From Roseateles sp. (lineage in GTDB: Bacteria > Pseudomonadota > Gammaproteobacteria > Burkholderiales > Burkholderiaceae_C), in the NCBI GenBank assembly GCA_039594005.1, contig JBCNOF010000013.1, positions 61,835 to 125,834 of the forward strand: DNA of 64,000 bases, given 5' to 3'. Below are positions 19,390 through 29,882 of the stretch, piece by piece. Below the pieces are notes generated by a model. That model had not been told where the DNA came from. It searched no databases and saw only the letters and a program-made list of their open reading frames with translations. Numbering within the stretch: position 1 is the first letter of the stretch; each line of letters opens with the position of its first letter. The position numbers and the translations under genes are program-made.

Positions 19390-20817
19390 TCACGCCACGG
19401 TGATGGTGCGCGACTCGAGGAAGGCCTCCAGCCCCATCGCGCCGAACTCACGTCCCAGGCCCGATTGCTTCACGCCGCCGAACGGCGCGAGCAGGTCGGG
19501 CGCGACGCGGTTGATCAGCACGGTGCCGGTGTCCAGGCGCTCGGCGACGCGGCGCGCGCGTGCCAGGTCGCTCGAGAACACGTAACCCTGCAGCCCGTAG
19601 ATCGAGTCGTTGGCGATGGCGATGGCGTCCTCGTCCGACTCCACCGGCAGGATGGACAGCACCGGACCGAAGATCTCCTCGCGCGCGATGTCCATGTCGT
19701 TGCGCACGTCGGCGAAGACGGTCGGACGCACGAACCAGCCACGCGTGAGCCCCTCGGGGCGGCCCTCGCCGCCAGCCACCAGTGTGGCGCCCTGCGCCAG
19801 GCCGCGTCGGATGAAGTGCTGGATGCGCTCGAGCTGCGCGCGGTTGACCATCGGACCGATCGTCGTCGCCGGATCGCGCGGATCGCCGACCCGCATCGCG
19901 TTCACGGCCGTGCCCACCAGCGCGACGACTTCGTCCATCCGCGAGCGCGGCACCAGCAGCCGCGTGCCGGCGACGCAGGCCTGGCCGCTGTTCATGAAGG
20001 CCGCCCCCAGCGCCAGCGGGATCGCGGCGCGCAGGTCGGCGTCGTCCAGCAGCACCGAGGCGGACTTGCCGGTCAGCGCCAGGCTGACCCGTTTCATCGT
20101 GTCCGCGGCGCCGCGCGCGATGAGCCGGCCCGTGGGCGTCGAGCCGGTGAAGGACAGCTTGGCCACCGCCGGATGCGTGCCGATCTCCGCGCCGACATCG
20201 GCGCCGCGGCCGGTGACGACGTTGACCACGCCCGACGGCAGGTCCGCGTCGTGGATGGCCTGGGTGATCAGGTGCGCCTGCCAGGGGCTGAGCTCGCTGG
20301 GCTTGACCACGCTGGCGCAACCCGCGGCGATCGCCGCGGCGAGCTTGCTCGCGATCGTGCCCGCCGCCGCGTTCCAGGGCGCGAAGAGCCCCGACACCCC
20401 CACGGGCACCATGCGCCGCGTGGACACACCGTCCAGCCCGGCGGGACGCTCGAACGCGTAGTTCGCGAGCGTGCGCACGGCATCGCCGAAACACTGCGAC
20501 GCGTAGTTGGCCACCCACTGCGAGCGCGCGAGCGGGCCGCCGTACTCCAGGATCGAGGACTCGCGCAGCACGTCGGCATGGGCGAGCATCGAGGCCTGCA
20601 GCCGCTCCAGCAGCGCGATGCGCTCGGCGACGGTGGTACGCGCGAAGCGGGGCTGCGCCCGCGCCGCGGCCTCGATCGCGCGGCGCGCGTCCTCGCGGCT
20701 GGCCAGTCGCGCCTCGCCGATCACCGTCTCGTCGGCGGGATTGACGATGTCGACGACCTCCTCGCCGGTGACGGGGACGAACTGGCCGTCGATGTAGTTC
20801 TGGTCGACACGGATCAT
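19390..20817 (-). CDS. Aldehyde dehydrogenase family protein
   Basis: FTGS, catalytic Cys in GQACVAGTR, EEIFGPV. Start MIRVDQNYIDG at 20817. Confidence 0.93.
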   Translation of the reverse strand: MIRVDQNYIDGQFVPVTGEEVVDIVNPADETVIGEARLASREDARRAIEAAARAQPRFARTTVAERIALLERLQASMLAHADVLRESSILEYGGPLARSQWVANYASQCFGDAVRTLANYAFERPAGLDGVSTRRMVPVGVSGLFAPWNAAAGTIASKLAAAIAAGCASVVKPSELSPWQAHLITQAIHDADLPSGVVNVVTGRGADVGAEIGTHPAVAKLSFTGSTPTGRLIARGAADTMKRVSLALTGKSASVLLDDADLRAAIPLALGAAFMNSGQACVAGTRLLVPRSRMDEVVALVGTAVNAMRVGDPRDPATTIGPMVNRAQLERIQHFIRRGLAQGATLVAGGEGRPEGLTRGWFVRPTVFADVRNDMDIAREEIFGPVLSILPVESDEDAIAIANDSIYGLQGYVFSSDLARARRVAERLDTGTVLINRVAPDLLAPFGGVKQSGLGREFGAMGLEAFLESRTITVA

Positions 20818-20964
20818 GGGAACGCTCCTGGTGGGTCGGCATCGGTGCCGCGATGAGGTCAATGTAGGCAGCGGGCCTCCATCTGATAAGCCATACGAAG
20901 GTAGATGCGTCATCCCGGAAATCGAAACGATAGGATCCGGCGTGTTTCGATATCGAGGACAAGC

Positions 20965-21945
20965 ATGCGCAAGGACAGCCTGGCGGAGTTCGAGGTGGTG
21001 CTGGCGGTGGCACGCCGTCAGGGCTTCCGGCCGGCGGCGCTGGAGCTGGAGATGTCCGCCTCCGCCGTGAGCAACGCGGTGGCCGGCCTGGAGGCGCGCA
21101 TGGGCGTGCGGCTGTTCCATCGCACCACCCGCAGCGTGTCGCTGACCGAGGCGGGGCGGCAATTCGTCGATCGCGTCGGACCCGCGGTGACGCTGATCCG
21201 GGAGGCGGTGGATGCGGCCGGCGATCGCGCGGGACCACCCACGGGCACGCTGCGGCTGAACAGCTCGCTGGGCGCGGCGCTGATGGTCTTCCGGCCGGTG
21301 CTGGCGGAGCTGATGCGACGCCATCCCGGCATCACGCTGGACATCGTCACCGAGGGCCGCATGGTGGACATCGTCGCGGAGGGCTTCGACGCCGGGCTGC
21401 GGCTCGCGCCGCAGGTGCCACGCGACATGATCCGCGTGCCCATCGCCGCGCCGCTGCGGCTGGTGGTGGTGGGGTCGCCGGATTACCTCGACCAGCACGG
21501 CGAGCCGCTCAAGCCGGCGGACCTCGCGCGGCATGCCTGCCTGCGGGCGCGGCTGCCCAGCGGGTTGCCGTCGCCGTGGGAGTTTGCGAACGGCAAGAGG
21601 AAGTCGGCCCCGGTCACCGCCATGGACGTGCCGGGGCCGATGGTGCTGGATGCGCCTCAGCTGATGCTGGAGGCCGCGCGCGCGGGACTGGGACTGGCGC
21701 AGGTCGCGGAGTGGTACGTCGCCGAGGACCTGGCCGCGGGGCGGCTGCGGCGCGTGCTGGACGGGTGGTCGGCGCCGTTGCCGGCGCTGTGCCTGTACTA
21801 CGCCGGTCATCGCCACATTCCGGTGGCGCTCAGGGCCTTGATCGATCTCATCCATGAGATCAATCGACAGGCCGCTCAGGACGGCGCACGGCCACGTCCG
21901 CAGGCCCTCACACCTGCCCTCTCCCGCAAGCGGGAGAGGGGGTAG
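20965..21945 (+). CDS. LysR-family regulator, divergent from ALDH
   Basis: HTH (FRPAALELEMSASAVS...LFHRTTRSVSLTEAG) plus substrate-binding domain. Confidence 0.95.
   Translation: MRKDSLAEFEVVLAVARRQGFRPAALELEMSASAVSNAVAGLEARMGVRLFHRTTRSVSLTEAGRQFVDRVGPAVTLIREAVDAAGDRAGPPTGTLRLNSSLGAALMVFRPVLAELMRRHPGITLDIVTEGRMVDIVAEGFDAGLRLAPQVPRDMIRVPIAAPLRLVVVGSPDYLDQHGEPLKPADLARHACLRARLPSGLPSPWEFANGKRKSAPVTAMDVPGPMVLDAPQLMLEAARAGLGLAQVAEWYVAEDLAAGRLRRVLDGWSAPLPALCLYYAGHRHIPVALRALIDLIHEINRQAAQDGARPRPQALTPALSRKRERG
21904..21942 (+). repeat. REP-like palindromic element, copy 2 (inside LysR 3' end)
   Basis: GCCCTCACACCTG followed by perfect hairpin CCCTCTCCCGC-AA-GCGGGAGAGGG. Confidence 0.7.
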
Positions 21946-21950
21946 GACGG

Positions 21951-23999
21951 TCAGGCCTTCTTCGCGACGAGCGTCAGGATGTCGTAGCTGGCGACGAGTT
22001 CACCGCGCTGGTTGGTGACCTGCACGTCCCAGGCCACGACGCCTTGCGGCGGCTGGTCCGGGCGATTGCCGCGATCGATGCGGCGCTTGCAGGTCAGCCG
22101 CGCCTGGATCGTGTCGCCGATCGCCACCGGATTCACGAAACGCAGCGTGTCCAGCCCGTAGTTGGCCAGCACCGGCCCCGGCGCCGGCGACACGAACAGC
22201 CCCGCCGCCGCCGACAGCACGAAGTAGCCGTGCGCGATGCGCTGGCCGAATTGCGTGTCCTTGGCCGCGACCTCGTCGAAGTGCATGTAGAAGTAGTCGC
22301 CGCTGATGCCGCCGAAGTTGACGATGTCCGCCTCCGACACCGTGCGGCGATGCGTCAGCAGCGAGTCGCCGACCTGGATCTCCTCGAAGTGCTTGCGGAA
22401 CGGATGGATCGCGTCCTCGGTCACCTTGCCGCCGCGCACGTACTCGCCGGTGATCGCGGTGAGCATCGTCGGCGAGGCCTGCACCGCGCAGCGCTGCAGG
22501 TAGTGCTTGACCGCGCGGATGCCGCCGAGTTCCTCGCCACCGCCCGCGCGACCCGGTCCGCCGTGCTTGAGCATCGGCAGCGGGGAGCCGTGGCCGGTGG
22601 ACTCCGGCGCCGCGTCACGGTCCAGCACCAGCAGCCGGCCATGGAAGGCCGCCGCGTGATACACGGCCTGCGCCGCGAGCGCCGGCGTTTTCGTGACCAC
22701 CGACCCCACCAGGCTGCCGCGGCCCTTGGCCGCGAGCGCCAGCGCCTCGTCGAAGTCGCCGTAGGGCATCAGCGTCGACACCGGTCCGAAGGCCTCGATG
22801 TTGTGCACGGCCTCGTTGCGCATCGCGTCGCGGCACAGCAGCAGCGTGGGCGCGAAGAAGGCGCCGTCGCCCACGCCCTCGCCCACCGGCGCGAAACCGT
22901 CGCGCTCGCCGTAGACGATCTCGTTGCCCTGCGCGAGCAGTGCCAGGCGCTCGGCCACGTCAGCCTGCTGCGCCTTGGACGCCAGCGCACCCATGCGCAC
23001 GCCTTCCAGCGCGGGGTCGCCGACCTTGATCTTCGCCAGACGCTCGCGCAGCGCGGCGGCCACGGCATCGACCTGCGCGGCGGGCACGATGGCGCGGCGG
23101 ATCGCCGTGCACTTCTGGCCGGCCTTGGCGCTCATCTCTCGCATCACTTCCTTGACGAAGAGATCGAATTCGGGATCGCCGGGCTGAACGTCCGGCGCCA
23201 GGATCGCGCAGTTCAGGCTGTCGGCCTCGGCGTTGAACGGCACCGAGCGGCGAATGAGGTTCGCGTTCACCCGCAGCTGCGCGGCGGTGTCGGCCGAGCC
23301 GGTGAAGGTGACGACGTCGGTCTCCTCCAGGCGGTCGAGCAGATCGCCGGAGCCGCCGATGATCAGCTGCAGCGCGCCGGCGGGCAGCAGGCCGGACTGC
23401 TCGATCAGCCGCACGCAGGCCTCGGCGACGTAGCTGGTCGCGGTGGCCGGCTTGACGATGCAGGGCATGCCGGCGAGGAAGCTCGGCGCGAACTTCTCGA
23501 GCATGCCCCACATCGGGAAGTTGAACGCGTTGATGTGCACGGCCACGCCGCGCTTGGGCACCAGCACGTGGGTGCCCATGAACTGGCCGATCTTGCCGAG
23601 TGCCTGGGCGGGGCCTTCATGGACGATGTTGCTGGAGGGCAGCTCGCGCCGTCCCATCGAGGCGTAGGCGAAGAGCGTGCCGAAGCCGCCTTCGATGTCG
23701 ATCCAGGAATCGGGCCGGGTGGCGCCGGTGTGGGCGGAGATCGCGTAGAGCGATTCCTTGTGTTCCTGCAGATAGGTCGCGAGCGCTTTCAGGATCGCGG
23801 CGCGTTGCTGGAAATCGAGCGCCAGCAGCGCCGGCAGCGCCTGCCTGCGCGCGAAATCCAGGCTCTCGCCGAAATCGATCTCATCGGCATGGGTCTGCGC
23901 CACCAACCGGCCATTGACGGCGCTGCGCAGGTCGCGCGACGCGCTCGATCCGATCCAGCGACCGGCGATCAAACTCTGAAGGACTGGGGTGGCGCTCAT
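21951..23999 (-). CDS. paaZ: Bifunctional oxepin-CoA hydrolase / aldehyde dehydrogenase PaaZ
   Basis: 682 aa: ALDH ([22 protein letters not shown]) plus MaoC domain (SGDYFYMH); lies in a paa cluster. Confidence 0.96.
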   Translation of the reverse strand: MSATPVLQSLIAGRWIGSSASRDLRSAVNGRLVAQTHADEIDFGESLDFARRQALPALLALDFQQRAAILKALATYLQEHKESLYAISAHTGATRPDSWIDIEGGFGTLFAYASMGRRELPSSNIVHEGPAQALGKIGQFMGTHVLVPKRGVAVHINAFNFPMWGMLEKFAPSFLAGMPCIVKPATATSYVAEACVRLIEQSGLLPAGALQLIIGGSGDLLDRLEETDVVTFTGSADTAAQLRVNANLIRRSVPFNAEADSLNCAILAPDVQPGDPEFDLFVKEVMREMSAKAGQKCTAIRRAIVPAAQVDAVAAALRERLAKIKVGDPALEGVRMGALASKAQQADVAERLALLAQGNEIVYGERDGFAPVGEGVGDGAFFAPTLLLCRDAMRNEAVHNIEAFGPVSTLMPYGDFDEALALAAKGRGSLVGSVVTKTPALAAQAVYHAAAFHGRLLVLDRDAAPESTGHGSPLPMLKHGGPGRAGGGEELGGIRAVKHYLQRCAVQASPTMLTAITGEYVRGGKVTEDAIHPFRKHFEEIQVGDSLLTHRRTVSEADIVNFGGISGDYFYMHFDEVAAKDTQFGQRIAHGYFVLSAAAGLFVSPAPGPVLANYGLDTLRFVNPVAIGDTIQARLTCKRRIDRGNRPDQPPQGVVAWDVQVTNQRGELVASYDILTLVAKKA

Positions 24000-24032
24000 G
24001 ACGGGTCTCTTTTGAAGTTCTGAAATGAACGA

Positions 24033-24057
24033 GGGCGGGACGCAGGACGTCCCGCCC
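24033..24057 (-). terminator. Stem-loop between SBP gene and paaZ
   Basis: 10-bp perfect stem GGGCGGGACG/CGTCCCGCCC with 5-nt loop and weak U-rich tail on the minus strand. Confidence 0.45.
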
Positions 24058-24071
24058 CCGGGGTCAAACGC

Positions 24072-25229
24072 TCAAGGCTGGTACTTCCAGGTGCCTGCTT
24101 CGATCTTGACCATCACGCGGGCACGCTGGTCCAGGCCGAGGTGGTCATTGGGCGACATCGTGAACACACCGTGCGCGCCGGGCATCTCCTTGACGCCCTC
24201 GATCGCGTCACGCAGCGCCGCGCGGAACTGCGGCGTGCCGGGCTGGGCCTTCTTGACGGCCTCGGGGATCGCCGCGGCCAGCAGCAGGCCCGCGTCCCAG
24301 GCGTGGCCGCCGAAGGTCGAGACGCTGCCCTTGCCGTACGCGCCCTCATACGTCGTCACATAGGCCTTGGCGCTCTTCTTGGCGGGATGGTCCGCCGGCA
24401 GTTGATCCACCACCAGCACCGGCCCCGCCGGCAGGAAGGTGCCCTCGACGTCCTTGCCGCCCACGCGCAGGAAGTCGTTGTTGGCCACGCCATGCGTCTG
24501 GTAGTACTTGCCCTGGTAGCCGCGCTCCTTGAGCGTCTTCTGCGGCAGCGCCGCCGGCGTGCCGCTGCCGCCCACCAGCACCGCGTCGGGCTTGGCCGCC
24601 ATGATCTTGAGCACCTGGCCCGTCACCGAGGTGTCGGTGCGGTTGTAGCGCTCGTTGGCGACGATGCTCAGGCCCTTGCTCGCGGCGACCTTGTTGAACT
24701 CGCCGTACCAACCCTCGCCGTACGCGTCGGCGAAGCCGATGTAGGCCACCGTCTTCACGCCCTGCGCCTGCATGTGGCTGGCGATGGCCAGCGCCATCAT
24801 GATGTCGTTCTGCGGCGTCTTGAACACCCACTTCTTCTTGGCGTCCATCGGCTCGACGATCCGCGCCGACGCCGCCATCGAGATCATCGGCACCTGCGCC
24901 TCCGACACCGCGTCGATCATCGCCAGCGAGTTCGGCGTCACCGTCGATCCCACCACCACGTCGACCTTGTGCTCGGTGATCAGCTTGCGGGTGTTGGCCA
25001 CCGCCGTCGTCGTGTCCGAGGCGTCGTCCAGGATGATGTAGTTGACCTTCTGCCCGGCGATCGTCTTGGGCATCAGCGCGAAGGTGTTCTTCTCCGGAAT
25101 GCCCAGCGACGCGGCCGGCCCCGTCGCCGACACGGTCACGCCGACATTGATGTCGGCCCGGGCGCTGCCGCCCATGACCATCAACGCGGCGCCGGCCACG
25201 GCCAGCAGGGTCTTCTCGATGCGTTTCAT
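24072..25229 (-). CDS. ABC substrate-binding protein (branched-chain/aromatic acid type)
   Basis: Signal peptide; INVGVTVSATGPAASLGIPE, LDDASD. Start MKRIEK at 25229. Confidence 0.9.
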   Translation of the reverse strand: MKRIEKTLLAVAGAALMVMGGSARADINVGVTVSATGPAASLGIPEKNTFALMPKTIAGQKVNYIILDDASDTTTAVANTRKLITEHKVDVVVGSTVTPNSLAMIDAVSEAQVPMISMAASARIVEPMDAKKKWVFKTPQNDIMMALAIASHMQAQGVKTVAYIGFADAYGEGWYGEFNKVAASKGLSIVANERYNRTDTSVTGQVLKIMAAKPDAVLVGGSGTPAALPQKTLKERGYQGKYYQTHGVANNDFLRVGGKDVEGTFLPAGPVLVVDQLPADHPAKKSAKAYVTTYEGAYGKGSVSTFGGHAWDAGLLLAAAIPEAVKKAQPGTPQFRAALRDAIEGVKEMPGAHGVFTMSPNDHLGLDQRARVMVKIEAGTWKYQP

Positions 25230-25314
25230 GTCGTCTCCTTGGAATCTGTTGTCAGCAACGCGAGTGGAACGAGGTACTGCTACTGCAAGGGGGCCATGCT
25301 GCGGCGCGAAACCT

Positions 25315-25947
25315 TCATGAGGCTTGCACCGCCGGCTGGGGCTGGGTGAGCTCCGTGCGCACCGCGCCGAGGCCGCCGAAGAACAGGTCCGCGACCATCG
25401 GCGCCACCGCCTCATAGGTCAGCGCGCCGTCGGGCCTCAGCCAGGTGAAGGTCCAGTTGATCATGCCGAACAGCAGCATGGTCAGCGGCTTGTGCAGATG
25501 CGCGCCGCGCAGCTCGGGCCGCACCGCGGCCACCGCGTCGGCGAAACGCCCGACGACCTCGCGCTCCACCGCGACCATGCGCTCGCGGTGCTCGTCGTCG
25601 AGGAACTTCAGGTCCTCGGTCAGCACGCGGTGCTCGTTCTGCGCCTCGCCATAGGCTTGCACGAAGCGGTGGATCAATCCGCGCAGGTGCTCCTGCGGGG
25701 CGAGCTGCTCGGCGCTCACCTCGTCGACCAGGTCCACCAGATGCTGCAGGTGGTTCTGGCAGATCTGCGCGAGCAGCTCATGCTTGTCGCGCACGTAGTG
25801 GTACAGCGTGGGCTTGCTCACCGCGCAGGCTTCCGCGACCTGGTTCATCGAGGTGGCAGGGTAGCCCTGGTTGGCGAACAGGCGGGCCGCCTGCGCGAGG
25901 ATCTCCTCGCGGGTGGCATCGAATCCGGGGGCGCGACCTCGGGCCAT
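25315..25947 (-). CDS. TetR-family regulator (PaaR-like)
   Basis: TetR HTH (ACAVSKPTLYHY); located inside the paa operon. Confidence 0.9.
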   Translation of the reverse strand: MARGRAPGFDATREEILAQAARLFANQGYPATSMNQVAEACAVSKPTLYHYVRDKHELLAQICQNHLQHLVDLVDEVSAEQLAPQEHLRGLIHRFVQAYGEAQNEHRVLTEDLKFLDDEHRERMVAVEREVVGRFADAVAAVRPELRGAHLHKPLTMLLFGMINWTFTWLRPDGALTYEAVAPMVADLFFGGLGAVRTELTQPQPAVQAS

Positions 25948-25968
25948 GAATGTTGTTTTCCTTGTGAT

Positions 25969-27048
25969 TCAGCGTTCGTCGAACGAGATCACGACGCGCG
26001 GCGTCAGGGCGTGCGCCTGGCAGCTGAGGATGAATCCGGCCGCCACTTCGTGTTTCTCGAGGGCGAAATTCTTATCCATCCGGACCTCTCCCTCGATCAA
26101 CTTGCAGCGGCAGGTCGAGCAGACCCCGGATTTGCAGGAGAACGGCACGTCCATGCCGGCCCGCGCCGCGGCGTCGAGCAGGCTGGGATCGCTCTTGCGG
26201 AACTCGATCTCGCGCGACACGCCGTCGCGGATCACCACCACCTTGGCCGCCTCGGCGTCCTCCTCGTGGATCTCGTGCGGCGCCGGACGGCCGGTCTGCA
26301 TCTCGGGCGTGCCGAAACGCTCGATGTGGATGCGGTCCTCGGGCACGCCGGCAGCGCGCAGCGCGGCCTCGGCCTGCTCGTTCATCTCGAAGGGGCCGCA
26401 GACGAAGACCTGATCGATGCCCGCGGCGGGCACCGGTCCGGCAAGGAAGTCGCCGAGCTTGGCCTGGTCCAGCCGGCCCGCCATCAGCGGCGAGTCGACA
26501 TGCTCGCGCGAGAACACGTGATGGAGCGTCAGCCGCGTCATGTAGCGGTTCTTCAGGTCCTCGAGCTCTTCCTTGAACATCGCGGATGCCGGGCGGCGGT
26601 TGCCGTAGATCAGCGTGAAGCGGCTCAGCGGCTCGCGCGCCAGCACCGTCTTCATGATCGACAGGATGGGCGTGATCCCCGAACCCGCCGCGATGCCCAG
26701 GTAATGGCGCCCCAGCGAGGGATCCACCGGCACATGGAAGCGGCCTTGCGGCGGGAAGACCTGCACCTCGTCGCCGGCCTTCAGGTGGCGATGCACCCAG
26801 GTCGAGAACGCGCCGCCGTCGACCTGACGCACGCCCACGCGCAGTTCGTCGTCATCCACGCCCGCGCAGATCGAGTACGAGCGGCGCAGGTCCTGGCCGT
26901 CGACCTCGCCGCGCAGCGTCAGGTACTGGCCCTGCGTGAAGCGGAAGGTCTCGCGCAGCGCCTCGGGCACGTCGAAGCACAACACGACGGCGTCGTCGGT
27001 GTCCTGGTGCTTGGCGCGCAGTCGCAAGGGATGGAAGTGCAGGCTCAT
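25969..27048 (-). CDS. paaE: Phenylacetyl-CoA epoxidase reductase subunit
   Basis: RSYSI FAD motif, AAGSGITP, 2Fe-2S motif CKSGVCSTC...C. Confidence 0.96.
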   Translation of the reverse strand: MSLHFHPLRLRAKHQDTDDAVVLCFDVPEALRETFRFTQGQYLTLRGEVDGQDLRRSYSICAGVDDDELRVGVRQVDGGAFSTWVHRHLKAGDEVQVFPPQGRFHVPVDPSLGRHYLGIAAGSGITPILSIMKTVLAREPLSRFTLIYGNRRPASAMFKEELEDLKNRYMTRLTLHHVFSREHVDSPLMAGRLDQAKLGDFLAGPVPAAGIDQVFVCGPFEMNEQAEAALRAAGVPEDRIHIERFGTPEMQTGRPAPHEIHEEDAEAAKVVVIRDGVSREIEFRKSDPSLLDAAARAGMDVPFSCKSGVCSTCRCKLIEGEVRMDKNFALEKHEVAAGFILSCQAHALTPRVVISFDER

Positions 27049-27101
27049 GACGGAGGCTCGGAGTCGTTTGGATCGGCCGGTCGGGGTCGTGTCACGACCG
27101 C

Positions 27102-27710
27102 TCAGATCGGCTTGAAGTGTTCAAAGGGCTCGCGGCAGGCGAGGCAGCGGTACATCGCCTTGCAGGCGGTCGAGCCGAAGGCCGAGACCTGCTCGGTGTG
27201 CGCGCTGCCGCAGCGCGGGCAGGCGATGGGCGCTTGGCGGCGCACGATGCGGATGGGCACGCCCTGCCCCGCGTCCACCCGGCCGGGCGGCGCGATGCCG
27301 TAGCGGCGCAGCTTCTCGCGGCCCGCGTCGGTGATCCAGTCGGTGGTCCAGGCCGGCGCGCGGCGCATCGTCACCGTGATCGCGCCGAAACGCGCCAGCG
27401 CGTCGCGCACGTTCTGCTCGATGGCCTCGGTCGCGGGGCAGCCCGAGTAGGTCGGCGTGAGCACGACCTCCAGCCCGTCCGCGGTCTCGACGAGGTCGCG
27501 CACGATGCCGAGCTCCACCAGCGACACCGCCGGCACCTCGGGATCGAGCACCTGGGACAGCACCTCCCACGCCGCGGACAGGCGCCCGCAGCCGAGGTCG
27601 GACGGCCCGGCGCCGCCCGCGTCCGGACGCGGCCCCACCGGCGCCAGCGTGTTCAGCCAGGCGAGGTGGTCGTGGAAGTCGGGCAAGGGCGCGGCGCTCA
27701 CGGCGTTCAC
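27102..27710 (-). CDS. paaD: Phenylacetyl-CoA epoxidase subunit D
   Basis: DPEVP, TPTYSGCPA, CPRCGS, CKAMYRC..C. GTG start overlaps the paaC stop. Confidence 0.93.
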   Translation of the reverse strand: MNAVSAAPLPDFHDHLAWLNTLAPVGPRPDAGGAGPSDLGCGRLSAAWEVLSQVLDPEVPAVSLVELGIVRDLVETADGLEVVLTPTYSGCPATEAIEQNVRDALARFGAITVTMRRAPAWTTDWITDAGREKLRRYGIAPPGRVDAGQGVPIRIVRRQAPIACPRCGSAHTEQVSAFGSTACKAMYRCLACREPFEHFKPI

Positions 27711-28492
27711 CACACCCCGCCGGGGTAGCTGCGTTGCAGCGATTGCATCGTCGTGAGCAGGTGGCCCATGTGCTCGCTGTGCACGCCACGCACGCCCTCG
27801 TAGACATGCGGCGTGTCCTGCGGGCGCGTCAGGCGGGCCTCGGCCAGCACCTCGTCGATCGCAGCGTCCCAGTCCGGCTTGAGCGCGGACCAGGCCGGGC
27901 CCAGGCCGCTCGCCTCGGCGGCGGCGTCGATCGCGTCGGCGGCGAAGAGCTCGTTCACATAGGGCCAGAGCTGACGCAGCGCGTCCTGCATGCGGCGCGC
28001 GGATTCCTCGGTACCGTCGCCCAGGCGCACCACCCACTCGGCGGCGTGCTGCTGGTGGTAGCGGACTTCCTTCACCGCCTTGGCGGCGATGGCGGCGACC
28101 TCACCATCGGTCGACGCCTGCAGCCGCGTCCACATCGGCAGCAGCCAGCAGGCGGCGACGAGGTTGCGGGCCTGCGTGAACGCGAAGTCGCCGCGCGGCA
28201 GCTCCATCATCACGGGGTTCAGGTAGTGACGCTCCTCGCGCAGGTAGGCGAGCTGGTCCTCATCGAACGCGGTGCCGCCCGAGCCCGCGCTGAGCTGCCC
28301 GGCGCGCGTCAGCAGCGCGCGCGACTGGCCCAGCAGGTCCAGCGCGATGTTGCCCAGCGCCAGCTCCTCCTCGAGGATGGGCGCATGCCCGATCCACTCG
28401 GAGATCCGGTGCGACAGCACCAGGCAGGCGTCGCCCAGGCGCAGCAGGTACTGGACGCCGGCGGCGGTGCTCGGTTGGATGGATGCCGTCAT
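27707..28492 (-). CDS. paaC: Phenylacetyl-CoA epoxidase subunit C
   Basis: GHAPILEEELALGNIALDLLGQ, KEVRYH. Confidence 0.96.
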   Translation of the reverse strand: MTASIQPSTAAGVQYLLRLGDACLVLSHRISEWIGHAPILEEELALGNIALDLLGQSRALLTRAGQLSAGSGGTAFDEDQLAYLREERHYLNPVMMELPRGDFAFTQARNLVAACWLLPMWTRLQASTDGEVAAIAAKAVKEVRYHQQHAAEWVVRLGDGTEESARRMQDALRQLWPYVNELFAADAIDAAAEASGLGPAWSALKPDWDAAIDEVLAEARLTRPQDTPHVYEGVRGVHSEHMGHLLTTMQSLQRSYPGGVW

Positions 28493-28502
28493 CGTCCGGT
28501 CC

Positions 28503-28808
28503 TCACATGTGGTCGAGCGACGCGGGCAGGTCGTAGAAGGTCGGGTGGCGATACACCTTGTCCTCCATCGGATCGAACATCGTCGACTTCTCGCCCGGAT
28601 CGGACGCGACGATCGCCGACGAGGGCACGACCCACAGGCTCACGCCTTCCTGGCGTCGGGTGTAGACGTCGCGCGCCATCTGCAGCGCCATCTTCGCGTC
28701 GGGCGCGTGCAGGCTGCCGCAGTGCTTGTGGTCCAGACCCGCCTTGTTGCGGACGAAGACTTCCCACAAGGGCCATTCATTGGCGCCGGTCGTTTGGTTG
28801 ATGCTCAT
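28503..28808 (-). CDS. paaB: Phenylacetyl-CoA epoxidase subunit B
   Basis: WPLWEVFVR, ARDVYTRRQEG, YRHPTFY. Confidence 0.97.
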   Translation of the reverse strand: MSINQTTGANEWPLWEVFVRNKAGLDHKHCGSLHAPDAKMALQMARDVYTRRQEGVSLWVVPSSAIVASDPGEKSTMFDPMEDKVYRHPTFYDLPASLDHM

Positions 28809-28869
28809 GATTCAAGTGCTCTGAACGGTTCGTGGCGGAGGCGGCGATCGCGATCGGTGATCGTCGGGA

Positions 28870-29871
28870 TCAAGCGGCCTTGGCTTCGGTGGCGCGCTTG
28901 CGCGCATGGGCCAGCGCGGCCTCGCGGACCCAGGCGCCGTCGTCCCAGGCCTTGACGCGCGTGGCCAGGCGCTCGGTGTTGCAGGGGCCGTTGCCGCCGA
29001 CGACGCGCCAGAACTCGCTCCAGTCGATCGCGCCGAAGTCGTGCTGCTCGCGCTCGGCGTTCCACTTCAGATCGGGATCGGGCAGCGTGACGCCCAGCAG
29101 GTCGGCCTGCGGCACGGTGGCGTCGACGAACTTCTGACGCAGCTCGTCGTTGGTCAGGCGCTTGATGCCCCAGCGCATGGACTGCTCCGAGTTGGGCGAG
29201 TCCTTGTCGGCCGGGCCGAACATCATCAGCGAGGGCCACCACCAGCGGTTCACCGCGTCCTGGACCATCGCCTTCTGCGCCGCGGTGCCCTCGCGCATCA
29301 TCACGAGCAGGCTCTCGTAGCCCTGGCGCTGATGGAAGGATTCCTCGCGGCAGATGCGGATCATCGCGCGCGCATACGGGCCGTAGGAGCAGCGGCACAG
29401 CGGCACCTGGTTCATGATCGCCGCGCCGTCGACCAGCCAGCCGATCACGCCGATGTCGGCCCAGGTCAGCGTCGGGTAGTTGAAGATCGAGCTGTACTTG
29501 GCCTTGCCGGTGTGCAGCGCGTCCAGCATCTGGTCGCGGCTGGTGCCCAGCGTCTCCGCCGCAGAGTACAGGTACAGGCCATGGCCGCCCTCGTCCTGCA
29601 CCTTCGCCAGCAGGATGGCCTTGCGCTTGAGCGTCGGGGCGCGCGTGATCCAGTTGCCCTCGGGCAGCATGCCGACGATCTCGGAATGCGCGTGCTGGCT
29701 GATCTGGCGCACCAGCGTCTTGCGGTAATGCTCGGGCATCCAGTCCTTGGCCTCGATGAAGTCGCCCGCGTCGATGCGGGCCTCGAAGGCCTCGTTGCGC
29801 TGCTGCTCCTCGGCGGACTGCAGCTTGGTCGCCTGGTCCTGCGGACCGACGCTCATGGCTTGCGTGTACAT
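28870..29871 (-). CDS. paaA: Phenylacetyl-CoA epoxidase subunit A
   Basis: [27 protein letters not shown]. Start MYTQ at 29871. Confidence 0.97.
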   Translation of the reverse strand: MYTQAMSVGPQDQATKLQSAEEQQRNEAFEARIDAGDFIEAKDWMPEHYRKTLVRQISQHAHSEIVGMLPEGNWITRAPTLKRKAILLAKVQDEGGHGLYLYSAAETLGTSRDQMLDALHTGKAKYSSIFNYPTLTWADIGVIGWLVDGAAIMNQVPLCRCSYGPYARAMIRICREESFHQRQGYESLLVMMREGTAAQKAMVQDAVNRWWWPSLMMFGPADKDSPNSEQSMRWGIKRLTNDELRQKFVDATVPQADLLGVTLPDPDLKWNAEREQHDFGAIDWSEFWRVVGGNGPCNTERLATRVKAWDDGAWVREAALAHARKRATEAKAA

Positions 29872-29882
29872 GGAGGGACTCC

